Notes: generated by a model not told the origin, from the sequence alone. 63,813 nucleotides of DNA, filler included, from Hyphochytrium catenoides (GCA_900088475.1; 9 parts of 9 records of this genome joined end to end with filler, not necessarily neighbours in it), one strand, 5' to 3'; counted from the whole stretch's first letter, positions 24,953 through 38,473 are shown. Translations and numbers: made by a program.

Positions 24953-26573
24953 CCCTCTCGTCATAGGGCTGTCCCGCGTCAATGTCCATGCAAAGTGACG
25001 GCACCTGTGCCTGCTCGTCTTCCTCTCTCACGCCGGTTGGCACGCTTCTTCCGTCGCTGGATGGAGCGCAATGTGTGCGCACCAATGATTCTAATGTTAT
25101 CCTGAGTTCCTACTCCCTTGACTCCTCCGTGCGCACAAACTTCTATGACGTGGAGACCGGAAAGGGAGCTAGAATAGCAGTGGAGAATGTGCAGTCCGGT
25201 GAGAGAGAGGAGAGAGAAAGAGATGAGAGAGAGCTTCTCAGACCCTAGCCAGCTCTTTCCCCCCTACAAGCCTTACCAAAGGATCAGTTGGCGCATCCTC
25301 TTCAACGTCCTCCCTCTCCGTCTGTCCCTCTCTCTCTCTCTGTCTCTCTCTCTCTGTCTCTCTCTCTCTTTGTCTCTCTTTGTCTCTCTCTCTCTTCCAA
25401 TTGCTCGCTGCTGTCAAAACCCTTTCTACTCTCGTATCCCTCTTTGACAGCTGCTCACCCTTCTCTCTCGCTTACCTTCCCTCTCACACTTTCTCTCTCT
25501 CTCTTCTCTCTCTCTCTCTAAAATCGTTCTGTGCAGTTTACTATGGAAACTACTTTCTCTCTTCGGCGGTGAGCTGCTTCTTCTACCGCGACCACAAGGC
25601 AATCCGCAGCTGTCAGACGCTGGCCAATATCTGTGTCCTCCAACATTATGACGGGGAACACCAGGCCTGCAGATTATTTAAACAGATTGCGACGGCGAGA
25701 GGAAGTTCTCTCTCTCATAACACGCCAGGTTGGGTCTCTTCTCTCCCCTATCTTTATTANNNNNNNNNNNNNNNNNNNNNNNNNNNNNNNNNNNNNNNNN
25801 NNNNNNNNNNNNNNNNNNNNNNNNNNNNNNNNNNNNNNNNNNNNNNNNNNNNNNNNNNNNNNNNNNNNNNNNNNNNNNNNNNNNNGAAACGTGGGAGAAA
25901 GAGAATAACCGCGCGCGAGAGAGAGAGACGGCCTTGATTGTGACAGGGAGACGAGATTGCGTGCAGCGGTCTCATCTGCGCGTGTCTCCCCTCTCTCTGT
26001 CTGTGTCTCCCTTCCTCTCTCTGTTACCAGCTCTCTCTCTATCCGCCGACAAGCCAATCGTCTCTCTCTTTCCTCTTGGCCTCTTACTCTCTCAATGGGT
26101 CGTGGCTAGGCTTCTCAGACCTCAGATCGCAGTTCGTCTACTGTCCCTTGGCCGATCTCTCTCTTGGTTCTTCTTCTTCTTCTCTCTCTTCCTCCTCCTC
26201 GTGGCTCCGCTATGGAAACTCCTATAAAAGCGCTTTCAAGTGTGACATCAAGGAGCTCAGCAAGTCCAGGGAGCCTCGGCTCTACGAGCTATTTATTGGT
26301 GAGAAGTGGAAGGGAGAGAGAGAGAGGGAGACAAAGAGAAAAAGACGTAGCTCCAAGCATGCATGACACAGAGAGAGAGAGATAGGAAAGAGACAGAGAG
26401 AAAGTAAGAAAGAGGGAGAGAAAGAGAGAGGCCACTTTGCATATTCTACTCTCGGCGTTGCTCTTTCTTCTACGTTGTGATCGCACCTCTTCTTCTTTGT
26501 TTACTCGGCTTGCTCTTCCGCTCGATCTAACTGCCGCTCTCTTCCGTTGTCGTCTTTTTTCCCTCTGCCGTCA

Positions 26574-26635
<62 letters not shown>

Positions 26636-27353
26636 TCTCTCTCTCTCCCGCTCTGGTCTTTCATTGCAGTGGACAATACTTCTGTTCCGGCGGTTCGTTA
26701 CCCTGTTCCCGTCCTGAACCTGAACTATCGCGACTCCAGTGCCTCGGACCCTCAGCCCAACAGGAGCCCAGACAGAGCGCATCAGGTAGAGAGAGAAGGG
26801 AGAGGCCCAAGCGTGGAGAGAGAGAGTGTGAGAAGAGAGAGACTTAGGAACAAGTAAGAGAGAGAAAGAGAGAGAAAGAGAGAGAAGAGAGAGAGGATCC
26901 TGTCGGTAAAAAGGAAGAGGGAGAGGAACTGTCGATGACAGAGAGAGAGAGAGAGAGAGAGAAGAGAGAGTAGGGCGCACCGTATGTGAGACTGCTAAGG
27001 CAACTTTATTAATATCCGCTTCTCTTTTCTTTTCTCTCTCCTCTTTCTCCATCCCTCCTTTCCCATCCCTCTCCTCTCTTCTCTGCCTATCTCTTCCTTC
27101 CTCTCTCCCTCTCGTTCTCTCTCTTACTCCCTCTTCTTTCTTTCTCTAGCAACTGACCCGGCGGTTCTTTCTTTACGACACTGTGAGCGGCCAGACCTCC
27201 ACTGAGCCCGAGACTGTTCCCTCTGTCATTCGCTATGCCAAGTCCATCAGCCTGAGGGTAGGAAAGAGAAAAGGCTTTCTCAAGGAGAAGGGAGATGTCC
27301 TCGCAAGAGAGAGAGAGAGTGTGTGTGAGAGAGAGAGAGTATGTGTGTGTGTT

Positions 27354-27393
<40 letters not shown>

Positions 27394-27700
27394 GGCAGAT
27401 TATTAAGTAGGAGTGAAAGTGAGAGAAGAGATAAAGAGATGAGAGAGAGGGAGGAAGAGAGAGACTTTTTTTCAGTGTCCTCACTTTGCCCCCGCACCAT
27501 TCCTACAGATCCGCAGCCAAGAAGGAGAGATGCAGAAGATCTACCCTCCTCTTTTGGTTATTGAGTACGAAGAGAGACAGGTGATCTGCGTTGACTGTTT
27601 CTCTTTTTTTTTTTCATGAAGCCATGACCTCTGTTCCTTTATCTGCATTTCTTCTCCTGCCTCCTGCCACATACCTCTTGTTTCAGCATTCAGCTCTCTT

Positions 27701-27755
<55 letters not shown>

Positions 27756-28269
27756 TTCTCTTCTTTCTCTTTCTCTCTTCTCTCTCTCTCTCTCTCTCTG
27801 TAAGTGTGTGTGTGTCCCTTACACGTCTCTGTGTTTCTAAAGTTGTTTGCTTTGTTGGCTCTCCCCACCTCTCCTCCCCTCCGTCCGCGCTCTCTCTCTT
27901 TGCCTTCTTACTCTCTCTCTCTCTTCTCGCTCTTGCTCTCTTCCCGCTTTACACGGAACATAATTCCTGTCTGTCTATCAGCCCTCTTCCTTCTCGGCTA
28001 CCCCATCTCTCTCTCTGGACACTATTTCCTTCTCCGTCTCCTACTCTTCTTCCTCTTCGCCCACTTCAGGCTCTTCCTCTTTCTGGACGACGGCGGTGTC
28101 TCTCTTCTCTTGCGGTCTGGCCTTGGTTCTAGCTCTCTTCTTCCTCCAGCTTTATAACTACCAGAGAAGAGCTGTCAGGACAATGAACGATTCCTTCTTT
28201 GATCCTGTGCGGCTAGGTACGTGAGGTGATAAGAGGAGAGAGAGCGAGAGAGAGAGAGAGCGCGGGCGC

Positions 28270-28311
<42 letters not shown>

Positions 28312-28798
28312 CATAGACAGACGGACAGACAGACAGACAGACAGAGAGAGAAAGGAGGGGGAGTAAGATTAGAGAGAATGAGAGAGAAAGAGTTGAAGAG
28401 CCGGATGACAGGATACGATATGGAAGAAGGGGAGAGAAGAGAGAGAGAGAGGCTCTGGTCATGAGTGGATATTTGCGGTCAGGTATGAACTTACCGCTCG
28501 TCCTTTCTCTTCCCGCTGCTTTGTTAACATTATCGATCAGCTGTCTTTCTGTTTAGTTCATTCGTGAAGGTGAATTATTGGTAAGTCTCTCTCTCTCTCT
28601 TTATTTCTCTCCCTCTCTCTCTCGCTCTTTTTCCCCTTTGTTCTCTTTTTATATACACTATTGACTCTTCCACTTGAGGGTCATCGCCCTCTCTCCCTCT
28701 GTGATAAATATGCCGCCTCTCTCTCTCTCTCACGTCTCAGTCTCTCTTTGGACAAAACTGTTCCTTCTGGTGTTTTCTCTCTCTCGTGCGCGTGCTGG

Positions 28799-28861
<63 letters not shown>

Positions 28862-29226
28862 TTCTCTCTCTCTATTTCTTTTTCTTACCTATTGGCTGCA
28901 GGGTGCTCTTCACTCTCTGCAGCTACTGGCTGGTCAACTTCAAGCTCCATTCCAGCGGGAAAGGCGTGTTGCTGCCGGGAGACGAAGAGGGATCTTCCTC
29001 TCCCGAGTACTATGCCTTCAGAGTGATGATCAACATATGCTTCTCTTTCCAGGTAGAGAGAGAGGAAGAGAGAGAGAAAGACAGACAGATCGTTTTTGAA
29101 GAGAAGCGGGAGAGAGACAGAGGGAGAGAAAGAGCTGCCAGAGAAGCAGCAGAGAGAGAGAGAGAGAGAAGAGAGAGAGAGCTGCCAGAGAAAGCAGCAC
29201 AGAGAGAGAGAGAGCTGCCAGAGAAA

Positions 29227-29259
<33 letters not shown>

Positions 29260-29851
29260 CGAAACCTGAAACAAACTGGGATTGATCCAAAAGCAAAATA
29301 ATAGTCAATTTGGGCCGAGGACGGAGATGGCGGAGTGCCTAAGGGGGAGAGAAGAGGGAGAGAGAAGCACAAAGAGAGAGAGAGGACTATGGAGAGACTA
29401 TAGGGAGATGTTAGAGGACAAGAAAGGAAAAGAGAGAGAGAGAGACTGCATCAAGAAATTATCCAGAGTGCGAGCACTAATAACCCCGCTACTTTTATTA
29501 CCTCCTTGGGGGTATCCTTCGCTCCCCCTCCCTCTCTCTCATACGCTCTCTCTCTCTCTTTCTCTCTCTTCTCTCCCCTCTCTGCCTGTCATCTCTCTCT
29601 CCTCTCAATAAATATGTGCAGCTGGTCACGGTCCTCCTACTAGTCTATCTTCAAGTCTCGTGCGATGTCTTCTTCCTCGATTGGGAGAAGGCGAAGGGGA
29701 GAGTGAGAGAGGAAGAGGGAGACGGGGCAGGAAAGACAGTGGACGGTCCCATCAGCGTCTGGCGGACCATCTTGGTGGCTAACGAGTTCAATGAGATTCA
29801 GACGGTGCGGGGCTACTGCTCCTCACGCTTTCTCTCTCCTCTCTCTCTCTC

Positions 29852-29886
<35 letters not shown>

Positions 29887-30249
29887 TGTGTGTCTCTGCC
29901 TCTCATCTCTTAATTTCATTCTCTCTCTTGCGCGCGCTCTCTCTCTCTCTTGCTCCATTCATCTCCTGCAGCTCCGTCGTAGTTCCCTGATCTCCTTCAC
30001 TTCATTTACCTTCATCAAAACTCTTTCACTTGCTTAAGTTTCTCTCTCTCTCTCTGTTCCCCTTTCTAGTCGCCCTCTTCTCCTCTGTCTCCGCCTTCCT
30101 TTCCGAGTGTTCCTTTATCTTTCTTTTTCGTCTGCTAAGAAATGACTCTCTCTCTCTTGTCACTCTGTCTTTGTTGCTCGGCTGTGTGTGCAGAAGCGGA
30201 AGATCTCAACTGTTTTCTCTCTTTTCCTTCTCCTGATGATCCTGAAAGG
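22796..30249 (+). CDS. TMEM67: Meckelin (MKS3), ciliary transition-zone membrane protein; 3' part lost in gap
   Basis: Cys-rich N-terminus (CDSSKQFLDTSSLSCVDC), SCQTLANICVLQHY, GWVSSLPYLY, ASYSLNGSWLG, YPVPVLNLN, QLTRRFFLYDTVSG, IYPPLLVIEY, and the hallmark DVFFLDWEKAKG...ISVWRTILVANEFNEIQT. The start ATG at 22796 is inferred. Confidence 0.93.
29134..29231. repeat. Three copies of GCTGCCAGAGAA(A)GCAGC embedded in (GA)n within a TMEM67 intron
   Basis: Copies at about 29134, 29181 and 29214. Confidence 0.8.
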
Positions 30250-30321
30250 GTAAGACAAGTCTCTCGTGCCCTTATTTNNNNNNNNNNNNNNNNNNNNNNN
30301 NNNNNNNNNNNNNNNNNNNNN

Positions 30322-30333
30322 TTAATTAATTAA
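30322..30333. other. Artificial contig-join spacer TTAATTAATTAA
   Basis: Same N-flanked spacer. Confidence 0.95.
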
Positions 30334-30646
30334 NNNNNNNNNNNNNNNNNNNNNNNNNNNNNNNNNNNNNNNNNNNNGAGAGAGAGAGAGAGAGAGAGAA
30401 AAAGGACCTGGGGGAGAGACAGAGCTACTGTAGTAAAAGAGAACGGAGAGAGAGAGAAGGGAGCAAGAGTATGAATTTTAAGGTGAGAGGAACGGACGCA
30501 TCGGCAGAAGGCACAAGAGTCCGACAGCGAGAGAGCGTGAGCACGAGCGAGTAAAGGGACTGATAATTATCCGAAAGACCTGACTTGGTCCTCCGCTGCT
30601 CTGCGACTGGGCCTGGACCTTCCTTCCCCTTGCAAGCGCAAGATAG

Positions 30647-33600
30647 ATGCCGGGCGGCGCTGCGTCTGCCTCCAACAAGGCGAAGAAAGGCCAGCTCTCA
30701 GGTCCAGACTCGTCTCCTTCTTCGTTTTCTTCGTCTCTCCCTTCCTTCTCCTCTCCTGCGGTCACCGTGGTGCTGGACAATGGCGCTGGAACAGCAAAGA
30801 TTGGCTTTGGAGGAGAGAAGGAGCCTCGAATGGTGGTCCCGAACTGCACAGCCCGGCTGAAGCATCAAGCTCAGGTCCTAGTCGCTGATGATATCGTCTC
30901 CAAGGTCAAAGGTAAGGCATTCTCTCTCTCGCTCTCTCTCTTTTCCCGTTGCGTGCTCTGCTGCTTGGAATGGCTGCCCATAGCTTGAGAAGCAGCTCCT
31001 CTCTCTAAGGCTATCCACTCTTGTGACGGCTTCTCTCCTCTTTATGTTTCGGCAGTGGTTTGGTCTGTCTCTCGAGCTCTAGCTTCAGACTCTCAGAGCT
31101 GCTTCTGCTGTAGACTCTTCCCAGCTGCAACTCACTCGCCCATTTGAGAGGTAAGCCGCGGGCGGGACCGTACCAGCCAGGCCAAGGGCTAGACTTCTCT
31201 TCATTCTCTCTCTTTGTCCCTCTCTTTCTCTCTCTGGCACACAGCACATTCCTTTCTTTACTTTCCGTGCCTTTATAGCCCACGGTCTCTTACTCTCTCT
31301 TCAGTTCCTCTCTCTTTTATCACTACCGGTCGATCTAACCTTCTTGCAACTCTGCTTGTGTCAGAGGACATCTGACCAATTGGAACTGCGAGAGAGATGT
31401 TTGGGACAGACTATTCGGTCCTCAGGTAGACAAATACTCTAAAACGAAAGAGAGGGAGGAAAATAAAGAAAGAGAGAGAGAGAGAGAGGAAGAGGGGAGA
31501 GAGTATAGAGAAGGCAGGTATTGGCGTGCTAACACTGCTCTGCAGGGAATCAACATCGACCCTCGAGCTTCTTCTCTATTGCTCACGGCTCCCGTCTGCT
31601 CTCCTGAGCTCTTGATGGTCAGTGTCTCTCAAACTATTGCAGATAGAATTAGTGCTCTCTTGCTCTGATTGTCGTATGCTTCTTTCGCCTCTCTCTTCCG
31701 TTTTTTCTATCTCCCCTCTTGCCAAGCTTCACCTTCTGCTTAAGTCCTTACGTCTGTCGCCCATAGTTCCGTTCTGTTGCCCGATCCCTGATGGTACTCC
31801 TCGCTCACATCATTCTCCCACTTTTTTGTTCTCCTTGACTATCTTCCTCTCCTTCTCGCTCTCTCACCTTTCATCCGCATTTCTCTCTCTTACTCATTCT
31901 GCCTCTCTCTCTCTCCTTCGGAATCTTTCATCACTCTTCTCATCCGAGCAGCAAGACATGTATGAGGTTGTGTTCGAAGAGTACGGCTTCCACTCAGCTC
32001 TCTTCTGTCCCAGTGCCAGGCTCGTCACGCAGCACCTCAAAGACCTCAAACATCCAAGTGGAGGCTCTTCCCTGCGTCTGGTACGTCGCGATCTTCTCTC
32101 CTTTCCTTTCCGCCAGCTCACGACTCCTTCATCTTCAGCCAAATCACTGAGCAGAACTCTTCTTTTACGTGGTCTTCCTCTTCTGTGTCCGTATTTTTGT
32201 CTCTTTCTTTGGCTCATATGACTCTGACCACCGCTCGCTATACCTTGTTCCTCGTTTCTCACTTCTCCTCCTCTCTTCCACACCTCAGGTGGTAGAATCT
32301 GGCTTCTCCTTCACGCATATCCTCCCGATGTTAGGAGACAAGCTCCTGATGCCAGGGGTTAGGCGACTAGATGTAGGCGGGAAGCTTCTCACTAATTATC
32401 TGAAGGAGGTGAGCCGAGCCCTGATTCAATGTCTCTGTCTTTCTCTCTCTCCGGTGCCCGCGCTCAGTCCTTTGTGTCTCGTCGCTCCTCTCTGGCCTTG
32501 TCTCTATTTGTCTGTCTCGTCACTCCTCTTCTTCGCCGCCATGCGTTCCACTTCCGCTGGTCCTCCTTCTCTCTCTTCATGTTCTCTTGCTTGTCCTTCA
32601 TCTTCCTGAATGGTTCGGTCTCCACCCTCCGTGCAATTAGGTGGTGTCATACCGACAGTGGAACATGATGGACGAGACCTTGCTCATGAATCAGGTGAAG
32701 GAGGACCTTTGCTACGTCTCTCTAGACTACCTGGGAGACTTGCAGAAGAGTCAAGAGAAGAAGAGAAGAAGAAATGCGCAGAGCAACGATGAGTCCCAAT
32801 TGTTGCGGCACTGGGTCCTACCGGACTACGTGCATAACTCTCGAGGCTATGTTCTAGAGCAGAGAGAGGCAGTCGACGGAGAGAACGACATGCAAGTACT
32901 TACGATGGGCATAGAGAGAATCGCTGTTCCAGGTAGGATGCCTATTATCTGAACTATCTCTGGACTTTTTGGCGGAGGGGATGGCGTCGTTTCTGCTCTC
33001 TTTCTCTCCTTTTCCAAGAACTTCTCATCCTTGCTCTCTTCCTCTATGTCCTAATTTGTCCTGAAGATTTTACAACCTCCGAGAAGGACTATAAACCTTC
33101 ATTCTTGTATGTGCGACTCGGTGAACCCTATCTTTCCTCTGTCTTTCCCTAGCTATCTCTCGCGGTCTCACTTTCTCGGTCTCCTCGAAGAGCCCGAGTG
33201 CATACTTCTAGGGCTTCTCTTCATTGCATATCATCCCGTAAAGAGTTTCGCTATTTATCTCTGTCTCACTGCTGCCCTGCTATGGACCTGTTCAGAGGTG
33301 TTGTTCCATCCATCGGACATTGGTCTCAACCAGGCCGGGCTTCCAGAGGCCATAGTGCAAGCAGTCAGTGCCCTGCCCGCAGCTTACCACACTCTACTTT
33401 ATAGCAACATCGTGCTAACCGGAGGGAACGTTAAGATGTCAAACTTTAGGCAGAGATTGGAGAAGGTAAAATACAAAGAACAGACACTGTTACTATCAGT
33501 TACCTGAGGGCTGCCAAACTCAACTGTGCGTGACTCCTTGGCGTCGTAGAAGAAACAGCACTATGATGCCTTCTACTACTTCTTGAAGGTCATCTCACGC

Positions 33601-33875
33601 TGTGCTTACAGTTCACTATCGATCACCGAATTCCGTCTTCATGCCCCTGTCTTTCAGTCTTGATAGCTAACGCGCCTCCTTTCTCGTGGCAGGACCTCCG
33701 GCCGCTGGTCCCTTCGGAGTACGAAGTAGGCGTTTTTGAGGTGGATGACCCCAATCTGGCTCCATGGAAAGGCGGGTCATCTCTCTCCGTACTTCCCGAC
33801 TTTCACTCCCAGACCATCGGACTGCAGCAGTATAGAGAAGGCGGGTTTGACTACTGCTATGCCAGATGGCCCTAG
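30647..33875 (+). CDS. ACTR6: Actin-related protein 6 (SWR1/SRCAP complex)
   Basis: [125 protein letters not shown]. Splice phases checked were consistent. Confidence 0.95.
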
Positions 33876-33938
33876 TACATCGTTGGGCCATTTCTGTAGA
33901 CCCGCAATATCTTGAGGTGGCCTAGGACAACCAAAACC

Positions 33939-36900
33939 CTATCCTCTCGACCTCATGTTGAAAAGGATCTCCTCTCGCGTTCTTCGTGGCCGTTTGACGG
34001 CTGGTGTACCTCCACCTTCCTGCTGACTGGCATCTTGGGCAGACCTGGTTTCTCCTCTAAAAGGTCCTGGTCGTGCCCAACCTAAGGTTTGAAGACCAAG
34101 TTGTCACTATGACGGCAAAGTAAAGGGTCAGGGAGGGACAATCACCTGAGTCCACCCTCTCGTTGCGTGAAAGTCTGGAAGAGGCCCCACTGAGTTGTGA
34201 GAGGGAACTCTGAGAGTGATTCGAAGGCTGATAATGGGAAGGCCCTTGTGAAGACTGTACAAATCCGTTCGCTCTTTCGTTCTCTTTCTCTCTTTGAGAG
34301 AACGGTGGGTTGGGACCTTGAGAAGGGGGAGGAAAGGATGGCCCTCCCCTCCTAGTTGACAGCTCCCTGTAGAGAAGAAGAGTTAGCGGTCTATCTACTA
34401 TCTACTGTGGGCTCCAGCCCTACAAACTACGTTCCTTGTATTCATATTCTCCAGTAATCCAGTACCTATCAGTCTAAAAGTAACCCCGTTCGAACTTCAG
34501 GTCAAGTCCTACACCGACCGCCGTTCCTCTACTGTCTCTCCCACATGTGGTCGCCCTAGCATTAAACAATCACCAATTCCGTCAACGCACTTCCTTGGGC
34601 ACTGACCTCAAACGTAGCTCTTTGAGCACGATATCTTCTTGGATGTAATAATCTGTATCAGGATCATCCACGAAGTCTGAATGGAGAATGGAGTCGATAT
34701 TCAACATGGAAGAAGACGAGACAGACGCCTCCATCAGCGTCACAGCAACAACAGCATCCTGCACTCCCGCTTCCCTCCGGCACATGAGCCTCGCATGGGC
34801 CTGAGAACAGCCAGGAGAAGTCATACAAGCCGAAATAGATAGAATATCAATTTTTGCACTTGCTCACAATCGGAACCGGAGTAGAAGAGAGAGAAGGTAT
34901 AAGCGAGGCGCTGACAACCGCATCATAAGAAGGTTAGACATATATCCCCTATAGAGGCAATATCTACAATAAACACAAGTTGAGCTGCATGATCAGACAA
35001 GCCTCTAACCTGTGCTACTCTAACTGTGCTCTCGAGGAGACGAATAGTGGTTCGAGCACTATTTCTTTGGTCACTTTGACGCTAACAGGTTTAGGTATGT
35101 CAGGGAGACCAGGATGGCGACATAAGTAATGCTGGCAAGAGTCAATTAAGATCAGACAGGGGCTACCTGTAATTGATAATACTTGCTCAATATCTGCTGG
35201 GCAGCAGAACTTAAGGTGGGCTGGAACTCTTCCTAATGTGAGTTAGCAGAGATGGATTAGTCGAAAAGCGTGTCGACCAGAGAATGGGACGAGCAGACCT
35301 TAACCCAATAAATATAGGCTTGTAACTTTGACAGGGACCAAGGCTCCTCTCTATCTGCTCTTGAGACTTTGAAGATCAACAATCCAGTTAGATGGTTACA
35401 CTTAGATGGAGCGGATGTAGAGTTTGTCTACCTTGGCTCGCCATCTGCGATAGAGGCGATGGCTTTGACGTTTGTTCTAAGATAAAAGAAGAAACCACAT
35501 TGTCCCACTATAAGTAAGCGAAGCAATGATAGTCAATCGAGCGGACGTTAGACTATCCTTCCCAGATTGCGTTTTCGTGTATAACTTTCCTACCGTGGGA
35601 TTCACAGTGTCTAGTAGCACCAGAACTATGTCGAAGCGACTGTAGGGACCGGGAGAGAGCAAAGCAAGATTGTGTCAAGATTGGCGCTTCCACAACCTTC
35701 AGGACTTAGGGAAGAGGACCGAAGGAACGTCCTCGAATATGTCGAAAGAGAGCCAGGCTCTTACCTCAGTAGTGGGCTGGCTATCGCTGTGTTCACAGAG
35801 ACATCAGCGTCCAAGTCATACTTACCCTTCGGATTCGTGGTGGCAATAATTGTAGTACGAGCATTTAGCTTGCAGACAAGACCTGCTTTAGCTACACTCA
35901 GAGTTTGCTGCTCCATCGCCTCGTGAATGGTGCTGCGATCATGCTCTCTGATACTATTGAACTCGTCAATGCAGCAGACTCCCCTACATCATTATAATAG
36001 GCGAAAAACGAGTTGGAGGATGGGGGTCAGTATTTGAAGTAGAACGCAAAGCCCTTTCTCGTCAATCTGTTACCTATCAGCAAGAACCAAAGCTCCAGCC
36101 TCCAGCATCCATTCTCCACTGTCCTTTACCGCCGTACAGGTCAATCCAGCACTGTGAAAGAAAAGAGTTTAGGTTGCCAACAAAGTACTTTATGATGCAC
36201 AGTGAGCTTATGACTACTGCTTCAAGAGGGTCTCACCTGGTGGTGCCAACTCCTGTTGTCAGCACTGACCGAGGACTGACTTGAGCAGCAAACCTCAGAA
36301 ACTGCGATTTTCCTAGGGGATTCGAAAGCGCGAGGAGAGCGGAAGAGAAACCGTGAACGAAGCTCAGTGTCCAAGCCTGTCTTCTACCAGCCTATACCTG
36401 TGCCAGGATCTCCAATAATGAGCAAATGCGGCTGGGCTCTCACTTTCATCCCACTGCTGTCGGAATAACCGCAGCCCCCAATCAACGTCAAAGTCACAGC
36501 CAGCTTGACCTGGAACATAAGCAACAGCCCATAACTAACAACGCGAAGCTAGTGAAAGATACTCAAAAAGAAAAGGCTAACTTGTGCAGAACTAGAAGAG
36601 GCAAAGTGACCGGGATCTACCATGAACAAGCCGTAAATCTGCGGACAAACGCTGGAAAGAATATGGTTCCTTCCCAGAAGAGGATTGCTCTCCATCCTTC
36701 GCCAAAACTGCTCAAAGTCGTGTCTGAGCTCTGCAAAGGCAGAGAAGTATGGATAGAGTCGGAGGGTAGGCAGGTAGCAGAGTATATTCCTGTTTACCGT
36801 CCGTGATGTTTGCTTGAGTCTTCGTGTTCTTGTTGATTCTGATGCTGTTGGCTAATAGGATGGACTCTAGCTCGCACCTAACATCCCTATATGACGGCTT

Positions 36901-38090
36901 CCAACGGCGGAGCAAGATGCCCGAGATGACGACATCATCCCCAGCCTACGGTCAGGCACAAGTAGATTAGTCTGCAGTTCGGCGGGCCTAAAAGTGGATC
37001 CTTTCTCAGCAGAGGCTGATTTGAGGTACCTTGACCGAGTCCACCAGGTCATTTTGGAGGACTACCACAACACTACGAGGAATAGACCCGACCGTCAATT
37101 TCTGCACTTGTTCCTGAATCTTAATCTCCTGATAGTCGCTTGTCACAGTGGAGCCCTGTCGTGCATTAGCGTTTAAAGCGTGCCATTCGTCCGTTGGAGA
37201 TGAAGTCATGTTCGGAAATACCTCTACAAATTGAAAGCTAGTGGATTTGCACTTGCTGCTGCCAGCGGAAGAGGGACAGGCTCTCTGCAGAACGTTAGGA
37301 CGAGGACAGCAATGGGAAAGTGAGCCTCAAGTGGCGCTAACATCTTTTTATGGGAGCAGTGATAGACAGAATGGACGTGCACTTACCGGAACTTCCATTA
37401 GATTTCCTTGCTCGACGTCAGAGAACACCTTGAAACGGAATCCGCACTTAGAGTTGGTGCACTCGTACTCCTTCTCTGCTTCAAGCATCTTAATCTGTAA
37501 GGTGCGACAGCCAGTCATTGACAATTCGAATGGAGTCACCTCCAGCAAACAATGCGAGACCGTACCATCCCAGTCCGAATGACCGTCCCCGAGATCTGCA
37601 AGAGCCTGTTTACATCGGACGACCGGATGCTGCTGATGTTCGGCTTCGTGACCTCTTCCACGGGAGGTAAATAGATAAGGCGGGCATGAACATTGGGTTT
37701 CAGGGTAAAGGTTGCATGCCCGTTTGATGCTAGAGGTCCGGCATCCTGCTGCTTTTTCGGTAGTATCTTTTGTTGCACCACTCGAATGGCGTCATTAAAG
37801 AGTGGAAAGAGCGTTGCCGGATGTGTCAGAAGCAACGTACCCAGTGCCATGTTGGCTTCGATGAGTATTTGCGCGCTGCCACATAGGAAGCTGGTCAGCT
37901 AATTGCTATAGAATATCATCCTAAGCACTTACTCTATATCCATAGCATGATGCTCATGTTCCCCAGGTGCCTCTAACAGACTCTCAACCGAGATGCAATA
38001 GTATTCTTCGATAAACTTTGCGAAAGCCAGGACGTATTCTCCAGGCTGAATGCTGTCGACGTCGTTCAATCCTTCACCTTGGCTACCCAT
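33939..38090 (-). CDS. MCM9: DNA helicase MCM9, including spliced C-terminal disordered tail
   Basis: ISGTVIRTG, Zn finger YECTNSKC...CP...[45 protein letters not shown], Walker [74 protein letters not shown]. The donor AG|gtcagt at 34607 joins two further in-phase exons (34146-34366 and 33939-34081). Confidence 0.93.
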
Positions 38091-38473
38091 GGTTCCGGCA
38101 AGAGGAGCGGTACTGACGTGTATCTTTGAGACGAGCGTACACGTCTACAGAGGTTGACTACGACTGCATCAAAGTCCAGCTGTCATGGATCTTTCTCAGC
38201 TACCCTTCCCTCCGACCGCCCCTTGAACCTTCACATCCCATTCTCCCTTCTAGACAACTGCAAACTGCCGAGTAATAAGGGTGGATACCCATCTTATCGT
38301 CCTTTCAGACCATCTTCCTGTCCACAGCCATTATGACGCATTAATCTTGGCCCAAGACTGAATCTCTAGGAACTATTTACTTCTTGATTAATAAGACAGA
38401 ATGGACATCTCTTTGATACTTTGCTGTAAGCTCTTTGCTCTTTTGCCCACAGTTCGCGCATTTTATTTCGGAG

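Noticed and set aside
34582-34606. MCM9 stop codon at 34582 as in the ORF track
   Set aside because: It lies just inside a predicted intron; two downstream exons splice in phase.
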